The position numbers were made by a program, and so were the translations under genes. From a virus (Duplodnaviria; Caudoviricetes), in IMG/VR virus record IMGVR_UViG_2875535316_000001, positions 30,697 through 94,696 of that record: a stretch of 64,000 nt of DNA; one strand, 5' to 3'. Below the pieces are notes generated by a model. It saw only the letters and a program-made list of their open reading frames with translations. It searched no databases and had not been told where the DNA came from. This document shows, in pieces, positions 39,743 through 49,753 of this stretch (its first letter is position 1; the number at the start of each line of letters is the position of its first letter).

Positions 39743-41523
39743 AGCAGCTCCCCTTGAAGCGTTGGAACGGGCGCCCTGGCGCGTATTGGTGTCGGTACCG
39801 GATCGGCCGGCAGGCTCTCGCCCTGCTCCTGCAGGAACTGCTTGGCCAGCAGCCGCAGCTGGTTCTCGCCCACGTCGCGCCGCTCAATCAGGTTGTCACC
39901 CGGGTTGCGCACCCCTTCAATCTGCTCACGCTTCACGCCTAGCACGTCGGACACGATCGGGTCGCTACCCTGGTCGGAAACCAAGAAGTACGCCTGTACG
40001 GGCTCCTGCTGGCCGTCACGGTGCACCCGGCCTATGCACTGCTCATGCACACCAGGTGACCAGTCGATTTCACCAAACACGGCCGTGCTGCAAACGTGCT
40101 GGGCGCCATCGAAGCCCGCACCAGCGCGCAGGCTGACAATCATCACCCGGCTTTCACCGGACATGAATGAATCGAAGCTGGCCTGTTTCTGGTTCGGTGA
40201 CTCGGTGCCGGTGTACATGGTCGGATTGAAGTCGGCCAGCTTCTCGCGCCATATGTTGTAGACCTCACGGTGCCAGCCAAACAGCAGCACTCGCTCGCCA
40301 CTCTCCAGCAGCAGGCGAACGAACTCGGCCACATAAGGCGCCTTGGCCACGCCGGTAGCCTGGCGCACCAGCTGGTCGAACTCCCCCGCCGCCTGCATCT
40401 TCTGCCCCTTGAAGGCCTCATTGGCGGAAAGGATCGTCCTGGCCAGCGCCATCGCGTCACCGGTGATCTTGCTGAGCACCGAGGCGTCCGATTCAATCTC
40501 GTGCGATATCTTGGACAGCGCCGGCAGTTCGCGCCCTACCTCACGCCTGGTACGGCGCAGCATGATGCCCTCACGCCGCAGGTACGCACCGAACTGCTCG
40601 GAATCCTTGAGCTTGGGCTTCTCACCTGGTGAGCCTATGCACCACTCCCGCAGGAACTCGTCATAGCCGCCCAAGCTGTCAGGCAGTAGCGGGTTGACGA
40701 CGTGGTAGAACTCGGCGCCGTAGTTGTAGATCGGGGTAGCGGTCAGCCCCATGCGCAGCCGTGCGCGCTCGGCCAGGTACTTACAGGCGGTGTAGATCGC
40801 ACTGTCAGGGTTGCGCAGCTGCTGGCATTCCTCGAACACAGCGTACTGGACGATTTCGCCCAGCGTCTCAGCCCACCCGCGCAGCTTGTGGTAACTGATC
40901 AGGATTACGTCAGGCAAGGTGTCCCACAGGTCTTTGGTGCGCTGGCGTGGCTGCTTGGTCAGCGGGTACGGCTGCCCCTTGCGGATATGGTGCACGCGCA
41001 GGCCTGGGGCGAACTCAGCGAGCTTTTCCGGCCAGTGGTTGGGCAGTGCCGCCGGGTAGACCACAACGGCCGGCAGGTTGCCCGGCACGGTCATCGGGCA
41101 CATGGCGGTTACGGTCTTGCCCAGGCCCAAGTCATCGGCCAGCAGAAGGCCGCACCGTATCCCCAGCTGAGCGCCAGCAAAGCGCTGGTACTCCCGGGCA
41201 GGCTTGGCCAGCTCGAACGGAGGGATATCCATGCGCCCCGCCACCAGCTGGGCCAGGCTCTGCTCCATTTGGATATGCTCGGCGGCGCTTTGCTCGAGCG
41301 CGCTGCGCGTGTCGGCGTCCATGGTCATCGGATACCGCTCCAGGAACCACAGCAGCTCTCGGCTGTTCTCTGGGCTGGCCACCAGGTCGATATCGGGGGA
41401 AGGCTGTTGCGGCACACGGGGGAATACCCGCTTGAGGCGCGATCGCACCTGGGGTTCGCAGCTGATAACCCAGTGCCGGCCCCTACGCTTGATGCTCCCA
41501 TACGTCATCTGGCTCACAGGCAC
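39739..41523 (-). CDS. SNF2-family helicase
   Basis: LLADDLGLGKT, FEECQ, LTATP, QCIGRVHRDGQ. Confidence 0.9.
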   Translation of the reverse strand: MPVSQMTYGSIKRRGRHWVISCEPQVRSRLKRVFPRVPQQPSPDIDLVASPENSRELLWFLERYPMTMDADTRSALEQSAAEHIQMEQSLAQLVAGRMDIPPFELAKPAREYQRFAGAQLGIRCGLLLADDLGLGKTVTAMCPMTVPGNLPAVVVYPAALPNHWPEKLAEFAPGLRVHHIRKGQPYPLTKQPRQRTKDLWDTLPDVILISYHKLRGWAETLGEIVQYAVFEECQQLRNPDSAIYTACKYLAERARLRMGLTATPIYNYGAEFYHVVNPLLPDSLGGYDEFLREWCIGSPGEKPKLKDSEQFGAYLRREGIMLRRTRREVGRELPALSKISHEIESDASVLSKITGDAMALARTILSANEAFKGQKMQAAGEFDQLVRQATGVAKAPYVAEFVRLLLESGERVLLFGWHREVYNIWREKLADFNPTMYTGTESPNQKQASFDSFMSGESRVMIVSLRAGAGFDGAQHVCSTAVFGEIDWSPGVHEQCIGRVHRDGQQEPVQAYFLVSDQGSDPIVSDVLGVKREQIEGVRNPGDNLIERRDVGENQLRLLAKQFLQEQGESLPADPVPTPIRARAPVPTLQGELL

Positions 41524-41936
41524 TGCCTCCCCAGGCGGATCATGGCAAAGGGCTTACCCTTCCACGCCGGCCGATCGGCCATAGGTGTATCCGCCCAGCG
41601 CTGGGTGCTGGCCAGGATCACGCCCTTGACCTGCTCCAGGTTGATATACCGGTCGACCTGGCGCAGTGCCTCGCTGAGGGTGCCGTCTACCTTCACCTCG
41701 ATCACAATGCCGCCCTCCACCAGGAAGTCAGCACGGTTGCGCGCATCGAGCACGAATTCACGGGTGTGCTTGTAGCCGGCGTCATCGAGCACCTTGGCCA
41801 GGCTTTCGTGCAGCTGAATCTCGCTCCCATAGCGGTACAGGTAGCTACCCAGGCAACGGGTCAAATGCGACAGCACCAGGTGCGATTCGTGTGGGTCGCC
41901 GGTCTTGAGGGTTGCCGGCGCGCTGTTTTCGGACAT
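41514..41936 (-). CDS. PD-(D/E)XK nuclease (GxxExxY-like)
   Basis: RE..L...RADFLV...IEVK...Q..RY. Confidence 0.65.
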   Translation of the reverse strand: MSENSAPATLKTGDPHESHLVLSHLTRCLGSYLYRYGSEIQLHESLAKVLDDAGYKHTREFVLDARNRADFLVEGGIVIEVKVDGTLSEALRQVDRYINLEQVKGVILASTQRWADTPMADRPAWKGKPFAMIRLGRQCL

Positions 41937-41987
41937 GACAGTCTCCGGCCCGCTGGCGATCAGCGGGCTTGTTTAAGGGGTATGGCT

Positions 41988-42028
41988 ATTCTGGGTGCCG
42001 GTGTCGGCCGGCTACGGGCTTGCTTTGC
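41988..42028 (-). promoter_or_regulatory. Putative late-type promoter GCAAA-N30-CAGAAT
   Basis: Shared motif and spacing. Confidence 0.55.
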
Positions 42029-42040
42029 GCAGGCCCGGGG

Positions 42041-43036
42041 TTACGCGCCTGGTGCGCTTTCCTGCTCGGCAGCCGCTTGGGCGATCGGCTCGCCCTTGTA
42101 CAGCGGCATAACCTCGATATCGCCTGGGTCACCGGAGAAACATGGCTTCACCATGCTGACCCGCCAGGAAGTCGGCTTGGCGCCCAGCTTCACCCGGTAG
42201 GCCCACGCTACAGGCTGCCCATTCACTGGGCCCGTATACAGCGCGGTGGCCGTGTAGCCCGGGTAGTCCTGTTTCGTCAGCTCGATTTGAACGTCAAGCG
42301 TTCCAAGGGCAGTGCCGGGCTTGGTGTACAGCCAAGCGAATGCCTGGAAAGCGAACGCTCCCGCACCAGGCTGGTCCGCTTTCCCTGCATCAGCCAGCAG
42401 GGCCTTGGCAAAGGCGCGCTGTTCCTCGATCACGGCATCAGTGCGCCGGTCCAGGTCCTCACCATTGATAACCAGGTTGTCCGGTGTCAGGCCGGCGAAT
42501 AGCCCACCGTTCTGGATGGTGTCCACGTCGGCCTGGCGCAGCACCAGGTAACGGTCGGCATTCTTGGCCAGCGCCTTATTCTCGTTGCTCAGCTGCAGCA
42601 CCTGGTCAAGCAGCTCGTCATTTGCCTCTGACTGCTGGTAAACCTCGCTCCAGGCCGTCGGCAGCTTGCGTAGGCGCTCGCACTCGGCCTTGAGCTCGTA
42701 AAAGGCCTCGTCAAAGGGCTTGTTGCGAGAATGGCCCAGCTCCACGGTGGTCTGCTCCATCCAGCTGGAAACCCGGCGCTTGTAGTCGACCAGTTCCTGC
42801 TTAGTGCGCGCGGCCTCGCCCGCAAGCCGGTCGGCTTCGTCGCGCTCCTGCGTCACCCGCTTCAATTCGGCAATCAGGGCAAGCAAGGTTGCTGGGTTGG
42901 CCGCAAGGGAGTACTCCGTATGGGTCTTGCCCAGTTTCGCATCCTCGATAAGCCCCACCCAGTCCAATGCGTTGGCCTGGTTCACCTCAATCAGCGCCTT
43001 GCCCAGCGCTTCGAGCTTTTGAATATCAACCTTCAT
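42041..43036 (-). CDS. Ead/Ea22-like phage protein
   Basis: AANPATLLALIAEL motif, coiled coils, PVAW motif. Confidence 0.6.
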   Translation of the reverse strand: MKVDIQKLEALGKALIEVNQANALDWVGLIEDAKLGKTHTEYSLAANPATLLALIAELKRVTQERDEADRLAGEAARTKQELVDYKRRVSSWMEQTTVELGHSRNKPFDEAFYELKAECERLRKLPTAWSEVYQQSEANDELLDQVLQLSNENKALAKNADRYLVLRQADVDTIQNGGLFAGLTPDNLVINGEDLDRRTDAVIEEQRAFAKALLADAGKADQPGAGAFAFQAFAWLYTKPGTALGTLDVQIELTKQDYPGYTATALYTGPVNGQPVAWAYRVKLGAKPTSWRVSMVKPCFSGDPGDIEVMPLYKGEPIAQAAAEQESAPGA

Positions 43037-43770
43037 GGCTTCACCTGGCCGCCAACGGCTTCAATGGCTTGCTTGAACGCGGCCTGCAGGTCGCGCTCCA
43101 TGCTTGCGGGGTAGTCTTCAAAGGTGGGCATGGGGACAGTGAATGGCAGCGCCTGGCTTGGGGATGCCTGCCAGGCCCACCAGAGCATTTCTACCCAATA
43201 TGAGTCATACAGCCCTCGTTCACGCCGAGCCAGTTCGTAGTGGCTTGGCGGATTCTCAAATTCGCCGTCGCGCTTGAGCATGTGAACCGCGGTCGATCGG
43301 TAGCCTTCGCCGTGAATGCCTACCAGATGCTCAACAAACGCCGTCTCGAAGGCATCACGACCACTACCGGCGTTGCGCTCGTCTGCCTTGCACCAGAACG
43401 CAATCACCTTGCGGCCGTCACCCTTGTAATCGCTCAGGAAGCGGCCTGTAACCCGCTCGTATGAGGAACTGAGGTGTACGGCAGCCACCTGCCGGCCGTC
43501 TCGGAAGTCCGCCGGCATCCGGTGCATGGCGAAGACTTCCAGATCCGGGTCCAGGGTAGCCATCTGGCGCATCAGATCCCGCACAGTGCGCGGCGCTCCC
43601 CAACGGATAGGGTCAACTGGCGCCGCCAGCACGTCTTTGAGCTCGTATTGAGCCTGCTGGGCCTCGGGGTCTATGGCCTCATGCTTTACAAGCGCCTCAA
43701 CATGGCAGCGCGCCACCAGCACCAGCTTGCGTTCGTCTTCGAGGCGCTGGGCCTTTTCTTGGTCAGTCAC
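43033..43770 (-). CDS. Hypothetical phage protein
   Basis: 245 aa; R.AFE...W.AWQA motif. Confidence 0.55.
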   Translation of the reverse strand: MTDQEKAQRLEDERKLVLVARCHVEALVKHEAIDPEAQQAQYELKDVLAAPVDPIRWGAPRTVRDLMRQMATLDPDLEVFAMHRMPADFRDGRQVAAVHLSSSYERVTGRFLSDYKGDGRKVIAFWCKADERNAGSGRDAFETAFVEHLVGIHGEGYRSTAVHMLKRDGEFENPPSHYELARRERGLYDSYWVEMLWWAWQASPSQALPFTVPMPTFEDYPASMERDLQAAFKQAIEAVGGQVKP

Positions 43771-44299
43771 GGTTCACCTCGGACACGTTGAGCACTACCA
43801 GACGGGGCTCACCTGGCGGAACACCCTCGCCCAGGGACTTGAAGCGGGTTTCCACGGTCTTGTCTCCTGCAGGGCTGGCAGGATCGAGCACGAGCTGCAG
43901 CCGCCTGGTGTCGTTCTTGCAGAGCTCGAGCAGCTGAGCTTCGGTCGAGTCGCTTTTCTGCGCCAGCGCCAGCACCATCAGTTCTAGGGCCTCGTGGTAG
44001 TCCAGCACAGCGCCAGCACGCAACGCCTGCAGGTACTGGTGAACAATCACGTTGGTAGCCGCAATCGCTTCAATACGGTCACGGTTGGTGGCTTGCTTGT
44101 CCTGGCCGCGCAGAACGCGGTCGGCCTCGGTTTCCGCCATCTGCGCCAGGCGCTGCAGGCGGCCGACCATCTGGTCAGCCAGCTCGCAATGGTCGTCAGC
44201 GCTCAGAATTGGCAGCGGCACGAACTCTACGCCGGCCTTGGCCATGCCCTGCGCCGCTTCCATGGAACTCTGTACCAGGTATGGGTGAGCGCGTTTCAT
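43763..44299 (-). CDS. Hypothetical protein
   Basis: 178 aa coupled ORF. Confidence 0.55.
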   Translation of the reverse strand: MKRAHPYLVQSSMEAAQGMAKAGVEFVPLPILSADDHCELADQMVGRLQRLAQMAETEADRVLRGQDKQATNRDRIEAIAATNVIVHQYLQALRAGAVLDYHEALELMVLALAQKSDSTEAQLLELCKNDTRRLQLVLDPASPAGDKTVETRFKSLGEGVPPGEPRLVVLNVSEVNRD

Positions 44300-45987
44300 G
44301 CCTGCTCTCCCGGCTTAGACGACTCACTCGGACGGACGGACAGGCCATGCGTAGGCTCCACCTGGCCAGACTCAACCAGGGCTTTCAATTCCTGTTGGCC
44401 ATAAATCTGCTTGGCTACCGCCGCCGGCGTCTCGAAATGGTCACGCTGCTCACGGTAGGCAGCGGCTGCGGCCACGTCTTCGGCGGTGACGGTGTACGGC
44501 TGGATATCAACCACCTCGTAAAAACGCACATCGCAGTGGCGATCAACCCATGCGCGCAGTGGCGCCATCAGGCTCTCCAGCTCGGTTTCCTGCTCTTTGT
44601 TTAGGTCGGGGAACCCGTCGGCATATTCGCTTTCATCGCTCGCGCGGTTGGCCATGTGGTTGATCACGTCGTCAACGTCAGGCAGGAAGCTGCTCGGGAG
44701 GTCTTTTTTCGCGGTGCCCCGGTAGATCACCGCACCCTCTGCCAGCTCATAGTCGCTCACATAGGAGGCAAGGCTGTCACTGCTCCACTGTTCGGACTGC
44801 TGCGTCTTGGCATAGGCATATTCAACGGGTTTGGCACGCTCCATCAGGGCAAGCTGGCGCTGGCTGGCCAACACCTTGTCGATTCCCGCCACGGTTTCAA
44901 TAGCGGCCGCGTTGTTCTCCCAGGCGTGGGCGGCAACGATGAAGCCGCGGGCGTTCATAAGCTCCACCTGATGCACTGCCACAGTCTCGGCGTGCTCCAT
45001 CATCCGCTGCACTGATTCCTTGCCACGGGTGGTCAGGTCAGCCTGCAGGCGTTGCGCCACTGCCTTCCAGTGCTCTACGGGATTCCAAGGTGTCGGGACG
45101 ACCTCGACGGCCTTCCGCATTGCCGACAGATTGACCACACCGGCGTGCATATCGGCCTGGTCCTCAGTGGCGAAGGCCAGGTATTCACCTGTTTCCAGGT
45201 CTTTTACGGCATACAGGCCCCGGGTGACAAACTGGCGCATTTCTTCGCCAATTTCGTTCAGGTGCGAATTCTCGGCCTCGGTCATCAGCGCCAGGCCACT
45301 CTTGGCAGCCTCAGCCAGCTCTTTCTGGGCCAGGATCTGCCGAGCCGCATGGCGCGCGAAGTAGATACGGCGCATCACGCTGTTGGTAGGCTTGCCCAGG
45401 TCGTAGTCCAGGTCATCGGACAGCTCGAGCAGCTCCTGATGATCCTCCAGCCACTTGAAGGCACCGGAAATGCTCTTGTCTTCAAGGTCTGGCACTTCGT
45501 TTAAGGCGACCGCCAGCGCTCCGTACTCGGGATCAACCGCCGCGTTCTCGAGCAGCCAATCGCGTTGCTGCTTGAACCGGTCGGCCTTCGGCGCTGTATC
45601 TGGCAGCCACTCGGGCAGGTTCTTGATGTTGCGCAGGCCCAGCAGTTCCTCGATCGCGTCAAAGACAATCCAGTCCAGGTAGTCTTCGTCCAGGTCCTTT
45701 TCCTGACAGTTCGCGTCCAGCTTCGTGAACACGTAATCGTCATCGTCGCCTTCGTTCGCTAGGAACTTGAGCCCGTAGGACGCACCGACCTTCCACACCA
45801 GGTTGCCGGTATCACCGTACATGGCAATGCCATAGCGCGACATAACCAGGTCGAAGGCATAGGCGCTGCTGCCCGGCTTCTGGGCGCGCCAGGCCTCCAG
45901 GTCGTCAGTCTTGGCCAGCAGCGTGTACTGGTGGTCCTTGATCAGTTCGGCGCAGTTGTCCGGGGTGGGCTTGTGTCGCTGTATCAT
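44296..45987 (-). CDS. Multidomain hypothetical phage protein
   Basis: 563 aa, typical codon usage, AGGA RBS. Confidence 0.65.
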   Translation of the reverse strand: MIQRHKPTPDNCAELIKDHQYTLLAKTDDLEAWRAQKPGSSAYAFDLVMSRYGIAMYGDTGNLVWKVGASYGLKFLANEGDDDDYVFTKLDANCQEKDLDEDYLDWIVFDAIEELLGLRNIKNLPEWLPDTAPKADRFKQQRDWLLENAAVDPEYGALAVALNEVPDLEDKSISGAFKWLEDHQELLELSDDLDYDLGKPTNSVMRRIYFARHAARQILAQKELAEAAKSGLALMTEAENSHLNEIGEEMRQFVTRGLYAVKDLETGEYLAFATEDQADMHAGVVNLSAMRKAVEVVPTPWNPVEHWKAVAQRLQADLTTRGKESVQRMMEHAETVAVHQVELMNARGFIVAAHAWENNAAAIETVAGIDKVLASQRQLALMERAKPVEYAYAKTQQSEQWSSDSLASYVSDYELAEGAVIYRGTAKKDLPSSFLPDVDDVINHMANRASDESEYADGFPDLNKEQETELESLMAPLRAWVDRHCDVRFYEVVDIQPYTVTAEDVAAAAAYREQRDHFETPAAVAKQIYGQQELKALVESGQVEPTHGLSVRPSESSKPGEQA

Positions 45988-46050
45988 GCGGGCGTTCCTT
46001 CTGAAATTCTTGGTTATCTGGCTGATTGGGTGCTTCGGGGTGTTGCTACT

Positions 46051-46503
46051 TCAATCCGCGGCCTTGGCCGCTTGAATCGTTGCCAGCTCCTGCTCCAGCT
46101 GGGCTTTGAGCAGCGCCAGCGATTCCAGCAGCAGCGCCTGTTCCTTCCGGCCGGCCAGCTCGTTGCGCAAGGCGGTGATCACAAAGCTGTTCATGCTGCG
46201 TTCATCGGCCTGGGACACGTCAGTAATCTGCGATCGCATGCCGTCGGGCAGGCGCACCACGAACTTGTCAGCATCGCGGGAAGACTTCCGGGCGGGCTTG
46301 CGGACGGGATTCGACTTGGCGGCAGCAACTGGCGCCGGCGGCTGCTCGATCGGCGCCGGTACCGGGGCAGGCGCTGGCTTGCTCTTGGCCTGGATCGCCT
46401 GCACGCGCTGAGCCATCGGCGTCAAAACGGCAGCCGGGTCTGGGCTGATGGCCATACGGGCAATGGTGGCGCGCTTGAGTGCATCTTTTGCGATCGGGTT
46501 CAT
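46051..46503 (-). CDS. Arc-family ribbon-helix-helix protein, AmrZ-like
   Basis: [18 protein letters not shown]...ERSMNS. Confidence 0.85.
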   Translation of the reverse strand: MNPIAKDALKRATIARMAISPDPAAVLTPMAQRVQAIQAKSKPAPAPVPAPIEQPPAPVAAAKSNPVRKPARKSSRDADKFVVRLPDGMRSQITDVSQADERSMNSFVITALRNELAGRKEQALLLESLALLKAQLEQELATIQAAKAAD

Positions 46504-46694
46504 GCTTGGTTCACCATCTTCTGGGTTTCTGCAATGTCGTGGCCATGGAGCACAGAGACGATCAGCCCACGGGGGACGCCCTTCTCTTTGGCAGCCTTGA
46601 CCGCCTCGACAATCGCCGCATCCATGGCTTCAAGGGCCGCCAACTGCTCTCGGGTGACCAGGCCACCCGGGGCAAATGGGAAAACGTTGCTCAT
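46500..46694 (-). CDS. Hypothetical protein
   Basis: 64 aa coupled ORF. Confidence 0.55.
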   Translation of the reverse strand: MSNVFPFAPGGLVTREQLAALEAMDAAIVEAVKAAKEKGVPRGLIVSVLHGHDIAETQKMVNQA

Positions 46695-47440
46695 TGAGCT
46701 GTACCTTGTGATTGTTCGGCCCGTGGGCGCTTTTGCTTGATTGGAGCGCCATCAGCTGACGCAGGGGACGTGCCGGCGAAGGCCGTTTGGCCGCCGCTCT
46801 CGTATTTGGATTGGTAGACGCCAGGCACCAGGAAGGGCTCCACCAGGTGCCATGTCCATTTGCCGTCGGCAGCCTGGGTCAGCCACTCAGCCCACGCGGG
46901 GGCGTTCTCCCAGCTTGGGGCTGGCTTCACCTTGGAGCGGCGCTTGGCGGGGGATTTGGTGGGCTTGAGCGCGCCAGGCGCCAGCTTCACCGGACGGGCA
47001 AGGCCATTTTCCTTGGCGTCTGCCGCCTCACGCACGCGCAGGCCTTGCTCGAAGACCTTGCTGACGGTGCGGGTGCCCAGGCCATCGGCCGGATCGATCC
47101 CGCGGGCGCAGTGTGGACAGCACGGCAGCTGATTGCGCGATCGCCAGACGCTTTCGACCTTCTTGGCGGCCAGCAGGTGCAGGTTCACCTCGGTGGCGGC
47201 CTTGGCCTCGCTCTTTTGATGCTCCAGGCTGCGAACCTGGCTTTTCCAGCTCGCCGCCAGCATGCCCAGGGCCCAGTAGGCCGAAATCTGCTTGTCGCAG
47301 TCCAGGCACTTGACCACCTGGCCCACGTCATCGAGCTGGATACGCCGGTGCTGGCAGCCTTCGTGCCGGCGCCTTACATCATCTTTCAGCCTGGCAATTT
47401 GCAGGTCTGAGAACTGTACAACGTTGGTCAAGTCAGTCAT
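46691..47440 (-). CDS. Cys-rich hypothetical protein
   Basis: CQH..CLDC..CPHC motifs; GGAG RBS. Confidence 0.65.
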   Translation of the reverse strand: MTDLTNVVQFSDLQIARLKDDVRRRHEGCQHRRIQLDDVGQVVKCLDCDKQISAYWALGMLAASWKSQVRSLEHQKSEAKAATEVNLHLLAAKKVESVWRSRNQLPCCPHCARGIDPADGLGTRTVSKVFEQGLRVREAADAKENGLARPVKLAPGALKPTKSPAKRRSKVKPAPSWENAPAWAEWLTQAADGKWTWHLVEPFLVPGVYQSKYESGGQTAFAGTSPASADGAPIKQKRPRAEQSQGTAQ

Positions 47441-47469
47441 GCCAAGCTCCGGGGTATCGCTTGGCCATC

Positions 47470-47496
47470 ATCATACCTATCCGCGTACAATCGCAA
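47470..47496 (-). promoter_or_regulatory. Promoter (-10 TATGAT) overlapped by TATCCGCGTACA operator (47478-47489)
   Basis: Sequence motifs. Confidence 0.6.
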
Positions 47497-47541
47497 TAGC
47501 ATTTTGTTTATACAATCGAATTCTCTGCAGCTGACGGGCAC

Positions 47542-47566
47542 AAAAAAGCCCCTGCGATCGGGGCTT
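47542..47566 (-). terminator. Intrinsic terminator
   Basis: AAGCCCC-GATCGCA-GGGGCTTTTTT. Confidence 0.75.
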
Positions 47567-47583
47567 GGGTCAGGCCGGCATGC

Positions 47584-47778
47584 TTACTGCTCTTGCCGCT
47601 TTATCGTCTGGGTGAACGACACGCATTTGATCGTGCCAGGAAGCTCGAAGAATAGCGGGTTGTCGGCGCGGCCCAGTGCATCCTGGGCGGCACTGGTCAG
47701 CGTTTCATCAATGTATGCCGCCAGCTCGGCGACTGCAGCGAGTTTCTCGGGCGGGACCGGCCGCGGGGTGTCGCTCAT
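47584..47778 (-). CDS. Small hypothetical protein
   Basis: MSDTPRP start with AGGAG RBS. Confidence 0.5.
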   Translation of the reverse strand: MSDTPRPVPPEKLAAVAELAAYIDETLTSAAQDALGRADNPLFFELPGTIKCVSFTQTIKRQEQ

Positions 47779-47779
47779 G

Positions 47780-47968
47780 TCATGGCTCCTTTGTGTGGCC
47801 GCAGTGCTTGCACTGGTAGCCGCTGTAGCTGGGGTTAGAGTCGCAGTCGTGCCACTCCATCCGGGTGAAGTGGCACTTGGGCCAGTTGCGCAAATGCTCG
47901 GCATCGGCCGCCGCACCTGCCGCCATAATCCGCTGATACTCAGCCTCTGACATTTCAATCAACGGCAT
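47780..47968 (-). CDS. Small Zn-finger-like protein
   Basis: CH...CKHCG. Confidence 0.5.
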   Translation of the reverse strand: MPLIEMSEAEYQRIMAAGAAADAEHLRNWPKCHFTRMEWHDCDSNPSYSGYQCKHCGHTKEP

Positions 47969-48204
47969 GGCTGTATCTCCATCCCGTCCCAGCCGTGCCG
48001 GGTGGTCACGCTGATCAGGTTCATGGCCGTGGTCAGCCGGTCATACTCCGGCCGATCTATCAGGCCCTCGGTGTGCAGCGCGTCCAGCCAACCCGTCGCG
48101 TGCTTCTCCAGGTCCCATAGGTCGTCACGGCTCTCGGCGCCCTTGAGGGCGTCGACGACTTCCTGCGCGCGGCTGATCGTCCTTGGGTCGTTCGGCGCTC
48201 TCAT
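47959..48204 (-). CDS. Small hypothetical protein
   Basis: 81 aa; GWLDAL..EGLI...EY motif. Confidence 0.55.
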   Translation of the reverse strand: MRAPNDPRTISRAQEVVDALKGAESRDDLWDLEKHATGWLDALHTEGLIDRPEYDRLTTAMNLISVTTRHGWDGMEIQPCR

Positions 48205-48476
48205 TTCTGAGGCCAGGCAGCATCGTGGATGCGCTTGACGGCTTCGTACATCTGGTTTCCGTCCCTCCCCTGGTAGCCGAACGTGTCCACAAAGGTGGAG
48301 TAGCTCAGCGCCAACCCAGCGCCCTCAGTTGCAGACCATTCGGCAAATGCGTGCGCCGTTGCAATTGCCTTTCGCTGGAACGCCTGGGCCGCTTCGCGCT
48401 GTGCCTGCTCGTTGCGGCGCTGCTGGACCAGCTCGATTTCTTCGGGTGTGAGGTCGTTCAGAGTCATCATGGTCAT
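48201..48476 (-). CDS. Small hypothetical protein
   Basis: 91 aa coupled ORF. Confidence 0.55.
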   Translation of the reverse strand: MTMMTLNDLTPEEIELVQQRRNEQAQREAAQAFQRKAIATAHAFAEWSATEGAGLALSYSTFVDTFGYQGRDGNQMYEAVKRIHDAAWPQK

Positions 48477-48607
48477 TCACCCTCGTCCACGGGCATCACC
48501 TTGTCATAGCAGGGGCGGCAGTGGGGGCCGTGTGGCGTCGGCGCCAGTGGCCCTTCGGCGCCGCAGTTCTCGCAAGCGTCCTTGGTAGCGGTATCAGTGG
48601 CAGTCAT
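48473..48607 (-). CDS. Small Zn-binding protein (CENC...CRPC)
   Basis: ATGA-coupled start MTATDT. Confidence 0.45.
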   Translation of the reverse strand: MTATDTATKDACENCGAEGPLAPTPHGPHCRPCYDKVMPVDEGE

Positions 48608-48918
48608 TGGTGCAGATCCTTGGGCGTGGTGGGTTTGGCTTTGACTGGGACTGTCTGGTCCAGGTGGAATGCTGGCATCCAGCGAGTAGGCAGCTTGATG
48701 CCATGAAACGACTGGCCGTGACCGCTGACCACAAACGCGACGGGCTCGGCTCCCTTGGGCACGCGCCGTCCGGCCTTCTTCCAGTAGCCGGCGGTTTTTA
48801 TGTCCTCGGGCTGCAGCGGCCAGCACGACATATCAGCCTTGCAATCGTAGTGCGGAACCTTGGGATTCTCGGCCTGCTCGGCCTTCAACCGCTCGATCAT
48901 TTGGGGAGAACGAGACAT
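48604..48918 (-). CDS. Hypothetical protein
   Basis: 104 aa, GGAG RBS. Confidence 0.55.
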   Translation of the reverse strand: MSRSPQMIERLKAEQAENPKVPHYDCKADMSCWPLQPEDIKTAGYWKKAGRRVPKGAEPVAFVVSGHGQSFHGIKLPTRWMPAFHLDQTVPVKAKPTTPKDLHQ

Positions 48919-48963
48919 ACCTACTCCAGGTGCAGTGTTGCCCCGCTCCGCGGGGCGGATTGG

Positions 48964-49242
48964 TCACGGATCGCAGCTGAAATTCAGCTCTCCACGAATA
49001 TCCATTCCCATCACCCCGGCGGCCACGACACGCTCACAGAGCTGGTCGAAATCTTCCGGGTGCCAGGCTGCAATCTGTTCGGGTGTCCAATACACGCCCG
49101 CGCTGCTGCCCTCGGCCGCGGCGACCAGGCGCTTGGCTGCGCGGTAAATCGTGGTGCGGTGGCGCTTCGCTGGCTCCGGGTCGAGGCTGCGGCGCAGCGC
49201 CACCAGGCTGTTGAGGCTCAGGGGTTTGTCGTCAGTGCTCAT
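48964..49242 (-). CDS. Hypothetical protein
   Basis: 92 aa. Confidence 0.5.
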   Translation of the reverse strand: MSTDDKPLSLNSLVALRRSLDPEPAKRHRTTIYRAAKRLVAAAEGSSAGVYWTPEQIAAWHPEDFDQLCERVVAAGVMGMDIRGELNFSCDP

Positions 49243-49260
49243 GCGTGGGGTCCGTCCAGG

Positions 49261-49731
49261 TTACTTGAGGTTCTGCAGGTGGCTTTTGTCGGCAGGGGTC
49301 ATCAGCGCATGCGCATCCCATGCCTGGGTGACCAGCTTGATGCCTGGGTGCTTCTGCATGAACCAATCGCGCTGGGGCTGGGCCAGCCCTTCCCACCATT
49401 CCAGGGCCTCGTCGTAATCCGGGTGCTGACTGTCAGCGATTTGTTCTCGCGCCGACGGCTCGCCGGGCTCACGGTTCAGGTCGACAAGGTCAAGCAAGCG
49501 ATCCATTGTCATCGGCTCGCTAGGCAGGTTGCTTTTGAGCGAGTAGCTGAAATGGCTGTGCTGGGTGACAGAACCGCTACCTTTCCCGGATAGCCACAGG
49601 TTGTCGATGATGCCCTGCAGCACGCCGGAAATGCGGTCCTGATCGGCCTTGGCAAAGTCCAGGTCAATGGTGAGGGTTGCTTTAATGCGGTCTGGCTGTT
49701 CTTGTTTGTCCATCTGTGAGGTTCCTTTCAC
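49261..49731 (-). CDS. Hypothetical protein
   Basis: About 150 aa. Confidence 0.55.
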   Translation of the reverse strand: MKGTSQMDKQEQPDRIKATLTIDLDFAKADQDRISGVLQGIIDNLWLSGKGSGSVTQHSHFSYSLKSNLPSEPMTMDRLLDLVDLNREPGEPSAREQIADSQHPDYDEALEWWEGLAQPQRDWFMQKHPGIKLVTQAWDAHALMTPADKSHLQNLK

Positions 49732-49753
49732 TTGCTCGGGTATGCGTAGGTGG

